Origin: Auanema rhodensis
Lineage: Eukaryota; Animalia; Nematoda
Length of the DNA stretch: 64,000 nt
Assembly: GCA_964057225.1 (NCBI GenBank)
Contig: CAXKVF010000089.1
Coordinates: 113,249 to 177,248 of the forward strand
Direction of reading: 5' to 3'
Below, one piece after another: positions 44,353-60,300 of the stretch (positions within the stretch are counted from its first letter, which is position 1; each line of letters begins with the position of its first letter). The notes beneath the pieces are model-generated. The model ran no database searches, was not told where the DNA came from, and saw only the letters and a list, made by a program, of their open reading frames with translations. Made by a program: the position numbers and the translations under genes.

Positions 44353-47300
44353 CATCTCTTTATCTTTCACGTAAAGCGAGTTACATACCAAGTGCACATC
44401 ACGTGTACATTTAATTAGCATAAATTAAAGATCACGTAAACTTCAAAGTCATGGTTACCATGAACCAATATCAATAAAAATTTGTTTTTAGACTAATATG
44501 GACATGGGGAATCTAATTTTGAAAACCGCATCTCTTTATCTTTCACGTGAAGCGAGTTACATACCAAGTGCACATCACGTGTACATTTAATTAGCATAAA
44601 TTAAAGTTCACGTAAATTTCAAAGTCATGGTTACCATGAACCAATATCAATAAAAATTTGTTTTTAGACTAATATGGACATGGGGAATCTAATTTTGAAA
44701 ACCGCATCTCTTTATCTTTCACGTGAAGCGAGTTACATACCAAGTGCACATCACGTGTACATTTAATTAGCATAAATTAAAGTTCACGTAAATTTCAAAG
44801 TCATGGTTACCATGCACCAATATCAATAAAAATTTGTTTTTAGACTAATATGGACATGGGGAATCTAATTTTGAAAACCGCATCTCTTTATCTTTCACGT
44901 GAAGCGAGTTACATACCAAGTGCACATCACGTGTACATTTAATTAGCATAAATTAAAGTTCACGTAAATTTCAAAGTCATGGTTACCATGAACCAATATC
45001 AATAAAAATTTGTTTTTAGACTAATATGGACATGGGGAATCTAATTTTGAAAACCGCATCTCTTTATCTTTCACGTGAAGCGAGTTACATACCAAGTGCA
45101 CATCACGTGTACATTTAATTAGCATAAATTAAAGTTCACGTAAATTTCAAAGTCATGGTTACCATGAAGCAATATCAATAAAAATTTGTTTTTAGACTAA
45201 TATGGACATGGGGAATCTAATTTTGAAAACCGCATCTCTTTATCTTTCACGTGAAGCGAGTTACATACCAAGTGCACATCACGTGTACATTTAATTAGCA
45301 TAAATTAAAGTTCACGTAAATTTCAAAGTCATGGTTACCATGAAGCAATATCAATAAAAATTTGTTTTTAGACTAATATGGACATGGGGAATCTAATTTT
45401 GAAAACCGCAACTCTTTATCTTTCACGTGAAGCGAGTTACATACCAAGTGCACATCACGTGTACATTTAATTAGCATAAATTAAAGATCACGTAAACTTC
45501 AAAGTCATGGTTACCATGCACCAATATCAATAAAAATTTGTTTTTAGACTAATATGGACATGGGGAATCTAATTTTGAAAACCGCATCTCTTTATCTTTC
45601 ACGTGAAGCGAGTTACATACCAAGTGCACATCACATGTACATTTAATTAGCATAAATTAAAGTTCACGTAAATTTCAAAGTCATGGTTACCATGAACCAA
45701 TATCAATAAAAATTTGTTTTTAGACTAATATGGACATGGGGAATCTAATTTTGAAAACCGCATCTCTTTATCTTTCACGTGAAGCGAGTTACATACCAAG
45801 TGCACATCACGTGTACATTTAATTAGCATAAATTAAAGTTCACGTAAATTTCAAAGTCATGGTTACCATGAAGCAATATCAATAAAAATTTGTTTTTAGA
45901 CTAATATGGACATGGGGAATCTAATTTTGAAAACCGCATCTCTTTATCTTTCACGTGAAGCGAGTTACATACCAAGTGCACATCACGTGTACATTTAATT
46001 AGCATAAATTAAAGTTCACGTAAATTTCAAAGTCATGGTTACCATGAACCAATATCAATAAAAATTTGTTTTTAGACTAATATGGACATGGGGAATCTAA
46101 TTTTGAAAACCGCATCTCTTTATCTTTCACGTGAAGCGAGTTACATACCAAGTGCACATCACGTGTACATTTAATTAGCATAAATTAAAGTTCACGTAAA
46201 TTTCAAAGTCATGGTTACCATGAACCAATATCAATAAAAATTTGTTTTTAGACTAATATGGACATGGGGAATCTAATTTTGAAAACCGCATCTCTTTATC
46301 TTTCACGTGAAGCGAGTTACATACCAAGTGCACATCACGTGTACATTTAATTAGCATAAATTAAAGTTCACGTAAATTTCAAAGTCATGGTTACCATGAA
46401 CCAATATCAATAAAAATTTGTTTTTAGACTAATATGGACATGGGGAATCTAATTTTGAAAACCGCATCTCTTTATCTTTCACGTGAAGCGAGTTACATAC
46501 CAAGTGCACATCACGTGTACATTTAATTAGCATAAATTAAAGTTCACGTAAATTTCAAAGTCATGGTTACCATGAAGCAATATCAATAAAAATTTGTTTT
46601 TAGACTAATATGGACATGGGAAATCTAATTTTGAAAACCGCATCTCTTTATCTTTCACGTGAAGCGAGTTACATACCAAGTGCACATCACGTGTACATTT
46701 AATTAGCATAAATTAAAGTTCACGTAAATTTCAAAGTCATGGTTACCATGAACCAATATCAATAAAAATTTGTTTTTAGACTAATATGGACATGGGGAAT
46801 CTAATTTTGAAAACCGCATCTCTTTATCTTTCACGTGAAGCGAGTTACATACCAAGTGCACATCACGTGTACATTTAATTAGCATAAATTAAAGATCACG
46901 TAAACTTCAAAGTCATGGTTACCATGAAGCAATATCAATAAAAATTTGTTTTTAGACTAATATGGACATGGGGAATCTAATTTTGAAAACCGCATCTCTT
47001 TATCTTTCACGTGAAGCGAGTTACATACCAAGTGCACATCACGTGTAAATTTAATTAGCATAAATTAAAGTTCACGTAAATTTCAAAGTCATGGTTACCA
47101 TGAACCAATATCAATAAAAATTTGTTTTTAGACTAATATGGACATGGGGAATCTAATTTTGAAAACCGCATCTCTTTATCTTTCACGTGAAGCGAGTTAC
47201 ATACCAAGTGCACATCACGTGTACATTTAATTAGCATAAATTAAAGTTCACGTAAATTTCAAAGTCATGGTTACCATGCACCAATATCAATAAAAATTTG

Positions 47301-47520
47301 TTTTTAGACTAATATGGACATGGGAAATCTAATTTTGAAAACCGCATCTCTTTATCTTTCACGTGAAGCGAGTTACATACCAAGTGCACATCACGTGTAC
47401 ATTTAATTAGCATAAATTAAAGTTCACGTAAATTTCAAAGTCATGGTTACCATGAACCAATATCAATAAAAATTTGTTTTTAGACTAATATGGACATGGG
47501 GAATCTAATTTTGAAAACCG

Positions 47521-50500
47521 CATCTCTTTATCTTTCACGTGAAGCGAGTTACATACCAAGTGCACATCACGTGTACATTTAATTAGCATAAATTAAAGTT
47601 CACGTAAATTTCAAAGTCATGGTTACCATGAAGCAATATCAATAAAAATTTGTTTTTAGACTAATATGGACATGGGGAATCTAATTTTGAAAACCGCATC
47701 TCTTTATCTTTCACGTGAAGCGAGTTACATACCAAGTGCACATCACGTGTACATTTAATTAGCATAAATTAAAGTTCACGTAAATTTCAAAGTCATGGTT
47801 ACCATGCACCAATATCAATAAAAATTTGTTTTTAGACTAATATGGACATGAGGAATCTAATTTTGAAAACCGCATCTCTTTATCTTTCACGTGAAGCGAG
47901 TTACATACCAAGTGCACATCACGTGTACATTTAATTAGCATAAATTAAAGTTCACGTAAATTTCAAAGTCATGGTTACCATGAACCAATATCAATAAAAA
48001 TTTGTTTTTAGACTAATATGGACATGGGGAATCTAATTTTGAAAACCGCATCTCTTTATCTTTCACGTGAAGCGAGTTACATACCAAGTGCACATCACGT
48101 GTACATTTAATTAGCATAAATTAAAGTTCACGTAAACTTCAAAGTCATGGTTACCATGAAGCAATATCAATAAAAATTTGTTTTTAGACTAATATGGACA
48201 TGGGGAATCTAATTTTGAAAACCGCATCTCTTTATCTTTCACGTGAAGCGAGTTACATACCAAGTGCACATCACGTGTACATTTAATTAGCATAAATTAA
48301 AGTTCACGTAAATTTCAAAGTCATGGTTACCATGAACCAATATCAATAAAAATTTGTTTTTAGACTAATATGGACATGGGGAATCTAATTTTGAAAACCG
48401 CATCTCTTTATCTTTCACGTGAAGCGAGTTACATACCAAGTGCACATCACGTGTACATTTAATTAGCATAAATTAAAGTTCACGTAAATTTCAAAGTCAT
48501 GGTTACCATGAAGCAATATCAATAAAAATTTGTTTTTAGACTAATATGGACATGGGGAATCTAATTTTGAAAACCGCATCTCTTTATCTTTCACGTGAAG
48601 CGAGTTACATACCAAGTGCACATCACGTGTACATTTAATTAGCATAAATTAAAGTTCACGTAAATTTCAAAGTCATGGTTACCATGAACCAATATCAATA
48701 AAAATTTGTTTTTAGACTAATATGGACATGGGAAATCTAATTTTGAAAACCGCATCTCTTTATCTTTCACGTGAAGCGAGTTACATACCAAGTGCACATC
48801 ACGTGTACATTTAATTAGCATAAATTAAAGTTCACGTAAACTTCAAAGTCATGGTTACCATGAAGCAATATCAATAAAAATTTGTTTTTAGACTAATATG
48901 GACATGGGGAATCTAATTTTGAAAACCGCATCTCTTTATCTTTCACGTGAAGCGAGTTACATACCAAGTGCACATCACGTGTACATTTAATTAGCATAAA
49001 TTAAAGTTCACGTAAATTTCAAAGTCATGGTTACCATGAACCAATATCAATAAAAATTTGTTTTTAGACTAATATGGACATGGGGAATCTAATTTTGAAA
49101 ACCGCATCTCTTTATCTTTCACGTGAAGCGAGTTACATACCAAGTGCACATCACGTGTACATTTAATTAGCATAAATTAAAGTTCACGTAAATTTCAAAG
49201 TCATGGTTACCATGAAGCAATATCAATAAAAATTTGTTTTTAGACTAATATGGACATGGGAAATCTAATTTTGAAAACCGCATCTCTTTATCTTTCACGT
49301 GAAGCGAGTTACATACCAAGTGCACATCACGTGTACATTTAATTAGCATAAATTAAAGTTCACGTAAATTTCAAAGTCATGGTTACCATGAACCAATATC
49401 AATAAAAATTTGTTTTTAGACTAATATGGACATGGGAAATCTAATTTTGAAAACCGCATCTCTTTATCTTTCACGTGAAGCGAGTTACATACCAAGTGCA
49501 CATCACGTGTACATTTAATTAGCATAAATTAAAGTTCACGTAAATTTCAAAGTCATGGTTACCATGAACCAATATCAATAAAAATTTGTTTTAAGACTAA
49601 TATGGACATGGGGAATCTAATTTTGAAAACCGCATCTCTTTATCTTTCACGTGAAGCGAGTTACATACCAAGTGCACATCACGTGTACATTTAATTAGCA
49701 TAAATTAAAGATCACGTAAACTTCAAAGTCATGGTTACCATGAAGCAATATCAATAAAAATTTATTTTTAGACTAATATGGACATGGGGAATCTAATTTT
49801 GAAAACCGCATCTCTTTATCTTTCACGTGAAGCGAGTTACATACCAAGTGCACATCACGTGTACATTTAATTAGCATAAATTAAAGTTCACGTAAATTTC
49901 AAAGTCATGGTTACCATGAACCAATATCAATAAAAATTTGTTTTTAGACTAATATGGACATGGGGAATCTAATTTTGAAAACCGCATCTCTTTATCTTTC
50001 ACGTGAAGCGAGTTACATACCAAGTGCACATCACGTGTACATTTAATTAGCATAAATTAAAGTTCACGTAAATTTCAAAGTCATGGTTACCATGCACCAA
50101 TATCAATAAAAATTTGTTTTTAGACTAATATGGACATGGGGAATCTAATTTTGAAAACCGCATCTCTTTATCTTTCACGTGAAGCGAGTTACATACCAAG
50201 TGCACATCACGTGTACATTTAATTAGCATAAATTAAAGTTCACGTAAATTTCAAAGTCATGGTTACCATGAAGCAATATCAATAAAAATTTGTTTTTAGA
50301 CTAATATGGACATGGGGAATCTAATTTTGAAAACCGCATCTCTTTATCTTTCACGTGAAGCGAGTTACATACCAAGTGCACATCACGTGTACATTTAATT
50401 AGCATAAATTAAAGTTCACGTAAATTTCAAAGTCATGGTTACCATGCACCAATATCAATAAAAATTTGTTTTTAGACTAATATGGACATGGGGAATCTAA

Positions 50501-53500
50501 TTTTGAAAACCGCATCTCTTTATCTTTCACGTGAAGCGAGTTACATACCAAGTGCACATCACGTGTACATTTAATTAGCATAAATTAAAGTTCACGTAAA
50601 TTTCAAAGTCATGGTTACCATGAACCAATATCAATAAAAATTTGTTTTTAGACTAATATGGACATGGGGAATCTAATTTTGAAAACCGCATCTCTTTATC
50701 TTTCACGTGAAGCGAGTTACATACCAAGTGCACATCACGTGTACATTTAATTAGCATAAATTAAAGTTCACGTAAACTTCAAAGTCATGGTTACCATGAA
50801 GCAATATCAATAAAAATTTGTTTTTAGACTAATATGGACATGGGGAATCTAATTTTGAAAACCGCATCTCTTTATCTTTCACGTGAAGCGAGTTACATAC
50901 CAAGTGCACATCACGTGTACATTTAATTAGCATAAATTAAAGTTCACGTAAATTTCAAAGTCATGGTTACCATGAACCAATATCAATAAAAATTTGTTTT
51001 TAGACTAATATGGACATGGGGAATCTAATTTTGAAAACCGCATCTCTTTATCTTTCACGTGAAGCGAGTTACATACCAAGTGCACATCACGTGTACATTT
51101 AATTAGCATAAATTAAAGTTCACGTAAACTTCAAAGTCATGGTTACCATGAAGCAATATCAATAAAAATTTGTTTTTAGACTAATATGGACATGGGGAAT
51201 CTAATTTTGAAAACCGCATCTCTTTATCTTTCACGTGAAGCGAGTTACATACCAAGTGCACATCACGTGTACATTTAATTAGCATAAATTAAAGTTCACG
51301 TAAATTTCAAAGTCATGGTTACCATGAACCAATATCAATAAAAATTTGTTTTTAGACTAATATGGACATGGGGAATCTAATTTTGAAAACCGCATCTCTT
51401 TATCTTTCACGTGAAGCGAGTTACATACCAAGTGCACATCACGTGTACATTTAATTAGCATAAATTAAAGTTCACGTAAATTTCAAAGTCATGGTTACCA
51501 TGAAGCAATATCAATAAAAATTTGTTTTTAGACTAATATGGACATGGGAAATCTAATTTTGAAAACCGCATCTCTTTATCTTTCACGTGAAGCGAGTTAC
51601 ATACCAAGTGCACATCACGTGTACATTTAATTAGCATAAATTAAAGTTCACGTAAATTTCAAAGTCATGGTTACCATGAACCAATATCAATAAAAATTTG
51701 TTTTTAGACTAATATGGACATGGGAAATCTAATTTTGAAAACCGCATCTCTTTATCTTTCACGTGAAGCGAGTTACATACCAAGTGCACATCACGTGTAC
51801 ATTTAATTAGCATAAATTAAAGTTCACGTAAATTTCAAAGTCATGGTTACCATGAACCAATATCAATAAAAATTTGTTTTAAGACTAATATGGACATGGG
51901 GAATCTAATTTTGAAAACCGCATCTCTTTATCTTTCACGTGAAGCGAGTTACATACCAAGTGCACATCACGTGTACATTTAATTAGCATAAATTAAAGAT
52001 CACGTAAACTTCAAAGTCATGGTTACCATGAAGCAATATCAATAAAAATTTATTTTTAGACTAATATGGACATGGGGAATCTAATTTTGAAAACCGCATC
52101 TCTTTATCTTTCACGTGAAGCGAGTTACATACCAAGTGCACATCACGTGTACATTTAATTAGCATAAATTAAAGTTCACGTAAATTTCAAAGTCATGGTT
52201 ACCATGAACCAATATCAATAAAAATTTGTTTTTAGACTAATATGGACATGGGGAATCTAATTTTGAAAACCGCATCTCTTTATCTTTCACGTGAAGCGAG
52301 TTACATACCAAGTGCACATCACGTGTACATTTAATTAGCATAAATTAAAGTTCACGTAAATTTCAAAGTCATGGTTACCATGCACCAATATCAATAAAAA
52401 TTTGTTTTTAGACTAATATGGACATGGGGAATCTAATTTTGAAAACCGCATCTCTTTATCTTTCACGTGAAGCGAGTTACATACCAAGTGCACATCACGT
52501 GTACATTTAATTAGCATAAATTAAAGTTCACGTAAATTTCAAAGTCATGGTTACCATGAACCAATATCAATAAAAATTTGTTTTTAGACTAATATGGACA
52601 TGGGGAATCTAATTTTGAAAACCGCATCTCTTTATCTTTCACGTGAAGCGAGTTACATACCAAGTGCACATCACGTGTACATTTAATTAGCATAAATTAA
52701 AGTTCACGTAAATTTCAAAGTCATGGTTACCATGAAGCAATATCAATAAAAATTTGTTTTTAGACTAATATGGACATGGGGAATCTAATTTTGAAAACCG
52801 CATCTCTTTATCTTTCACGTGAAGCGAGTTACATACCAAGTGCACATCACGTGTACATTTAATTAGCATAAATTAAAGTTCACGTAAATTTCAAAGTCAT
52901 GGTTACCATGCACCAATATCAATAAAAATTTGTTTTTAGACTAATATGGACATGGGGAATCTAATTTTGAAAACCGCATCTCTTTATCTTTCACGTGAAG
53001 CGAGTTACATACCAAGTGCACATCACGTGTACATTTAATTAGCATAAATTAAAGTTCACGTAAATTTCAAAGTCATGGTTACCATGAACCAATATCAATA
53101 AAAATTTGTTTTTAGACTAATATGGACATGGGGAATCTAATTTTGAAAACCGCATCTCTTTATCTTTCACGTGAAGCGAGTTACATACCAAGTGCACATC
53201 ACGTGTACATTTAATTAGCATAAATTAAAGTTCACGTAAACTTCAAAGTCATGGTTACCATGAAGCAATATCAATAAAAATTTGTTTTTAGACTAATATG
53301 GACATGGGGAATCTAATTTTGAAAACCGCATCTCTTTATCTTTCACGTGAAGCGAGTTACATACCAAGTGCACATCACGTGTACATTTAATTAGCATAAA
53401 TTAAAGTTCACGTAAATTTCAAAGTCATGGTTACCATGAACCAATATCAATAAAAATTTGTTTTTAGACTAATATGGACATGGGGAATCTAATTTTGAAA

Positions 53501-56500
53501 ACCGCATCTCTTTATCTTTCACGTGAAGCGAGTTACATACCAAGTGCACATCACGTGTACATTTAATTAGCATAAATTAAAGTTCACGTAAATTTCAAAG
53601 TCATGGTTACCATGAAGCAATATCAATAAAAATTTGTTTTTAGACTAATATGGACATGGGGAATCTAATTTTGAAAACCGCATCTCTTTATCTTTCACGT
53701 GAAGCGAGTTACATACCAAGTGCACATCACGTGTACATTTAATTAGCATAAATTAAAGTTCACGTAAACTTCAAAGTCATGATTACCATGAAGCAATATC
53801 AATAAAAATTTGTTTTTAGACTAATATGGACATGGGGAATCTAATTTTGAAAACCGCATCTCTTTATCTTTCACGTGAAGCGAGTTACATACCAAGTGCA
53901 CATCACGTGTACATTTAATTAGCATAAATTAAAGTTCACGTAAACTTCAAAGTCATGGTTACCATGAAGCAATATCAATAAAAATTTGTTTTTAGACTAA
54001 TATGGACATGGGGAATCTAATTTTGAAAACCGCATCTCTTCATCTTTCACGTGAAGCGAGTTACATACCAAGTGCACATCACGTGTACATTTAATTAGCA
54101 TAAATTAAAGTTCACGTAAATTTCAAAGTCATGGTTACCATGAACCAATATCAATAAAAATTTGTTTTTAGACTAATATGGACATGGGGAATCTAATTTT
54201 GAAAACCGCATCTCTTTATCTTTCACGTGAAGCGAGTTACATACCAAGTGCACATCACGTGTACATTTAATTAGCATAAATTAAAGTTCACGTAAATTTC
54301 AAAGTCATGGTTACCATGCACCAATATCAATAAAAATTTGTTTTTAGACTAATATGGACATGGGGAATCTAATTTTGAAAACCGCATCTCTTTATCTTTC
54401 ACGTGAAGCGAGTTACATACCAAGTGCACATCACGTGTACATTTAATTAGCATAAATTAAAGTTCACGTAAATTTCAAAGTCATGGTTACCATGAACCAA
54501 TATCAATAAAAATTTGTTTTTAGTTTAATATGGACATGGGGAATCTAATTTTGAAAACCGCATCTCTTTATCTTTCACGTGAAGCGAGTTACATACCAAG
54601 TGCACATCACGTGTACATTTAATTAGCATAAATTAAAGTTCACGTAAATTTCAAAGTCATGGTTACCATGAACCAATATCAATAAAAATTTGTTTTTAGA
54701 CTAATATGGACATGGGGAATCTAATTTGAAAACCGCATCTCTTTATCTTTCACGTGAAGCGAGTTACATACCAAGTGCACATCACGTGTACATTTAATTA
54801 GCATAATTAAAGTTCACGTAAACTTCAAAGTCATGGTTACCATGAAGCAATATCAATGAAAATTTGTTTTTAGACTAATATGGACATGGGGAATCTAATT
54901 TTGAAAACCGCATCTCTTTATCTTTCACGTGAAGCGAGTTACATACCAAGTGCACATCACGTGTACATTTAATTAGCATAAATTAAAGTTCACGTAAATT
55001 TCAAAGTCATGGTTACCATGCACCAATATCAATAAAAATTTGTTTTTAGACTAATATGGACATGGGGAATCTAATTTTGAAAACCGCATCTCTTTATCTT
55101 TCACGTGAAGCGAGTTACATACCAAGTGCACATCACGTGTACATTTAATTAGCATAAATTAAAGTTCACGTAAATTTCAAAGTCATGGTTACCATGAACC
55201 AATATCAATAAAAATTTGTTTTTAGACTAATATGGACATGGGGAATCTAATTTTGAAAACCGCATCTCTTTATCTTTCACGTGAAGCGAGTTACATACCA
55301 AGTGCACATCACGTGTACATTTAATTAGCATAAATTAAAGTTCACGTAAATTTCAAAGTCATGGTTACCATGAAGCAATATCAATAAAAATTTGTTTTTA
55401 GACTAATATGGACATGGGGAATCTAATTTTGAAAACCGCATCTCTTTATCTTTCACGTGAAGCGAGTTACATACCAAGTGCACATCACGTGTACATTTAA
55501 TTAGCATAAATTAAAGTTCACGTAAATTTCAAAGTCATGGTTACCATGCACCAATATCAATAAAAATTTGTTTTTAGACTAATATGGACATGGGGAATCT
55601 AATTTTGAAAACCGCATCTCTTTATCTTTCACGTGAAGCGAGTTACATACCAAGTGCACATCACGTGTACATTTAATTAGCATAAATTAAAGTTCACGTA
55701 AATTTCAAAGTCATGGTTACCATGAACCAATATCAATAAAAATTTGTTTTTAGACTAATATGGACATGGGGAATCTAATTTTGAAAACCGCATCTCTTTA
55801 TCTTTCACGTGAAGCGAGTTACATACCAAGTGCACATCACGTGTACATTTAATTAGCATAAATTAAAGTTCACGTAAACTTCAAAGTCATGGTTACCATG
55901 AAGCAATATCAATAAAAATTTGTTTTTAGACTAATATGGACATGGGGAATCTAATTTTGAAAACCGCATCTCTTTATCTTTCACGTGAAGCGAGTTACAT
56001 ACCAAGTGCACATCACGTGTACATTTAATTAGCATAAATTAAAGTTCACGTAAATTTCAAAGTCATGGTTACCATGAACCAATATCAATAAAAATTTGTT
56101 TTTAGACTAATATGGACATGGGGAATCTAATTTTGAAAACCGCATCTCTTTATCTTTCACGTGAAGCGAGTTACATACCAAGTGCACATCACGTGTACAT
56201 TTAATTAGCATAAATTAAAGTTCACGTAAACTTCAAAGTCATGGTTACCATGAAGCAATATCAATAAAAATTTGTTTTTAGACTAATATGGACATGGGGA
56301 ATCTAATTTTGAAAACCGCATCTCTTTATCTTTCACGTGAAGCGAGTTACATACCAAGTGCACATCACGTGTACATTTAATTAGCATAAATTAAAGTTCA
56401 CGTAAATTTCAAAGTCATGGTTACCATGAACCAATATCAATAAAAATTTGTTTTTAGACTAATATGGACATGGGAATCTAATTTTGAAAACCGCATCTCT

Positions 56501-57370
56501 TTATCTTTCACGTGAAGCGAGTTACATACCAAGTGCACATCACGTGTACATTTAATTAGCATAAATTAAAGTTCACGTAAATTTCAAAGTCATGGTTACC
56601 ATGAAGCAATATCAATAAAAATTTGTTTTTAGACTAATATGGACATGGGAAATCTAATTTTGAAAACCGCATCTCTTTATCTTTCACGTGAAGCGAGTTA
56701 CATACCAAGTGCACATCACGTGTACATTTAATTAGCATAAATTAAAGTTCACGTAAATTTCAAAGTCATGGTTACCATGAACCAATATCAATAAAAATTT
56801 GTTTTTAGACTAATATGGACATGGGAATCTAATTTTGAAAACCGCATCTCTTTATCTTTCACGTGAAGCGAGTTACATACCAAGTGCACATCACGTGTAC
56901 ATTTATTAGCATAAATTAAAGTTCACGTAAATTTCAAAGTCATGGTTACCATGAACCAATATCAATAAAAATTTGTTTTAAGACTAATATGGACATGGGG
57001 AATCTAATTTTGAAAACCGCATCTCTTTATCTTTCACGTGAAGCGAGTTACATACCAAGTGCACATCACGTGTACATTTAATTAGCATAAATTAAAGATC
57101 ACGTAAACTTCAAAGTCATGGTTACCATGAAGCAATATCAATAAAATTTATTTTTAGACTAATATGGACATGGGGAATCTAATTTTGAAAACCGCATCTC
57201 TTTATCTTTCACGTGAAGCGAGTTACATACCAAGTGCACATCACGTGTACATTTAATTAGCATAAATTAAAGTTCACGTAAATTTCAAAGTCATGGTTAC
57301 CATGAACCAATATCAATAAAAATTTGTTTTTAGACTAATATGGACATGGGGAATCTAATTTTGAAAACCG
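47521..57370 (+). repeat. About 13-monomer higher-order block, 3 copies (two tandem, one displaced)
   Basis: The ordered markers G157A, G157A, T137A, G**+G132A recur. T137A is at 49593, 51881 (13 monomers later) and 56980 (29 monomers later). Confidence 0.85.
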
Positions 57371-60300
57371 CATCTCTTTATCTTTCACGTGAAGCGAGTT
57401 ACATACCAAGTGCACATCACGTGTACATTTAATTAGCATAAATTAAAGTTCACGTAAATTTCAAAGTCATGGTTACCATGAACCAATATCAATAAAAATT
57501 TGTTTTTAGACTAATATGGACATGGGAATCTAATTTGAAAACCGCATCTCTTTATCTTTCACGTGAAGCGAGTTACATACCAAGTGCACATCACGTGTAC
57601 ATTTAATTAGCATAAATTAAAGTTCACGTAAATTTCAAAGTCATGGTTACCATGAACCAATATCAATAAAAATTTGTTTTTAGACTAATATGGACATGGG
57701 GAATCTAATTTTGAAAACCGCATCTCTTTATCTTTCACGTGAAGCGAGTTACATACCAAGTGCACATCACGTGTACATTTAATTAGCATAAATTAAAGTT
57801 CACGTAAACTTCAAAGTCATGGTTACCATGAAGCAATATCAATAAAAATTTGTTTTTAGACTAATATGGACATGGGAATCTAATTTTGAAAACCGCATCT
57901 CTTTATCTTTCACGTGAAGCGAGTTACATACCAAGTGCACATCACGTGTACATTTAATTAGCATAAATTAAAGTTCACGTAAATTTCAAAGTCATGGTTA
58001 CCATGAACCAATATCAATAAAAATTTGTTTTTAGACTAATATGGACATGGGGAATCTAATTTTGAAAACCGCATCTCTTTATCTTTCACGTGAAGCGAGT
58101 TACATACCAAGTGCACATCACGTGTACATTTAATTAGCATAAATTAAAGTTCACGTAAATTTCAAAGTCATGGTTACCATGCACCAATATCAATAAAAAT
58201 TTGTTTTTAGACTAATATGGACATGGGGAATCTAATTTGAAAACCGCATCTCTTTATCTTTCACGTGAAGCGAGTTACATACCAAGTGCACATCACGTGT
58301 ACATTTAATTAGCATAAATTAAAGTTCACGTAAATTTCAAAGTCATGGTTACCATGAACCAATATCAATAAAATTTGTTTTTAGACTAATATGGACATGG
58401 GGAATCTAATTTTGAAAACCGCATCTCTTTATCTTTCACGTGAAGCGAGTTACATACCAAGTGCACATCACGTGTACATTTAATTAGCATAAATTAAAGT
58501 TCACGTAAATTTCAAAGTCATGGTTACCATGAACCAATATCAATAAAAATTTGTTTTTAGACTAATATGGACATGGGGAATCTAATTTTGAAAACCGCAT
58601 CTCTTTATCTTTCACGTGAAGCGAGTTACATACCAAGTGCACATCACGTGTACATTTAATTAGCATAAATTAAAGTTCACGTAAACTTCAAAGTCATGGT
58701 TACCATGAAGCAATATCAATGAAAATTTGTTTTTAGACTAATATGGACATGGGGAATCTAATTTTGAAAACCGCATCTCTTTATCTTTCACGTGAAGCGA
58801 GTTACATACCAAGTGCACATCACGTGTACATTTAATTAGCATAAATTAAAGTTCACGTAAATTTCAAAGTCATGGTTACCATGAACCAATATCAATAAAA
58901 ATTTGTTTTTAGACTAATATGGACATGGGGAATCTAATTTTGAAAACCGCATCTCTTTATCTTTCACGTGAAGCGAGTTACATACCAAGTGCACATCACG
59001 TGTACATTTAATTAGCATAAATTAAAGTTCACGTAAATTTCAAAGTCATGGTTACCATGAACCAATATCAATAAAAATTTGTTTTTAGACTAATATGGAC
59101 ATGGGAATCTAATTTTGAAAACCGCATCTCTTTATCTTTCACGTGAAGCGAGTTACATACCAAGTGCACATCACGTGTACATTTAATTAGCATAAATTAA
59201 AGTTCACGTAAATTTCAAAGTCATGGTTACCATGAACCAATATCAATAAAAATTTGTTTTTAGACTAATATGGACATGGGGAATCTAATTTTGAAAACCG
59301 CATCTCTTTATCTTTCACGTGAAGCGAGTTACATACCAAGTGCACATCACGTGTACATTTAATTAGCATAAATTAAAGTTCACGTAAATTTCAAAGTCAT
59401 GGTTACCATGAACCAATATCAATAAAAATTTGTTTTTAGACTAATATGGACATGGGAATCTAATTTTGAAAACCGCATCTCTTTATCTTTCACGTGAAGC
59501 GAGTTACATACCAAGTGCACATCACGTGTACATTTAATTAGCATAAATTAAAGTTCACGTAAATTTCAAAGTCATGGTTACCATGAACCAATATCAATAA
59601 AAATTTGTTTTTAGACTAATATGGACATGGGGAATCTAATTTTGAAAACCGCATCTCTTTATCTTTCACGTGAAGCGAGTTACATACCAAGTGCACATCA
59701 CGTGTACATTTAATTAGCATAAATTAAAGTTCACGTAAATTTCAAAGTCATGGTTACCATGCACCAATATCAATAAAAATTTGTTTTTAGACTAATATGG
59801 ACATGGGGAATCTAATTTTGAAAACCGCATCTCTTTATCTTTCACGTGAAGCGAGTTACATACCAAGTGCACATCACGTGTACATTTAATTAGCATAAAT
59901 TAAAGTTCACGTAAATTTCAAAGTCATGGTTACCATGAACCAATATCAATAAAAATTTGTTTTTAGACTAATATGGACATGGGAATCTAATTTTGAAAAC
60001 CGCATCTCTTTATCTTTCACGTGAAGCGAGTTACATACCAAGTGCACATCACGTGTACATTTAATTAGCATAAATTAAAGTTCACGTAAATTTCAAAGTC
60101 ATGGTTACCATGAACCAATATCAATAAAAATTTGTTTTTAGACTAATATGGACATGGGGAATCTAATTTTGAAAACCGCATCTCTTTATCTTTCACGTGA
60201 AGCGAGTTACATACCAAGTGCACATCACGTGTACATTTAATTAGCATAAATTAAAGTTCACGTAAATTTCAAAGTCATGGTTACCATGAACCAATATCAA

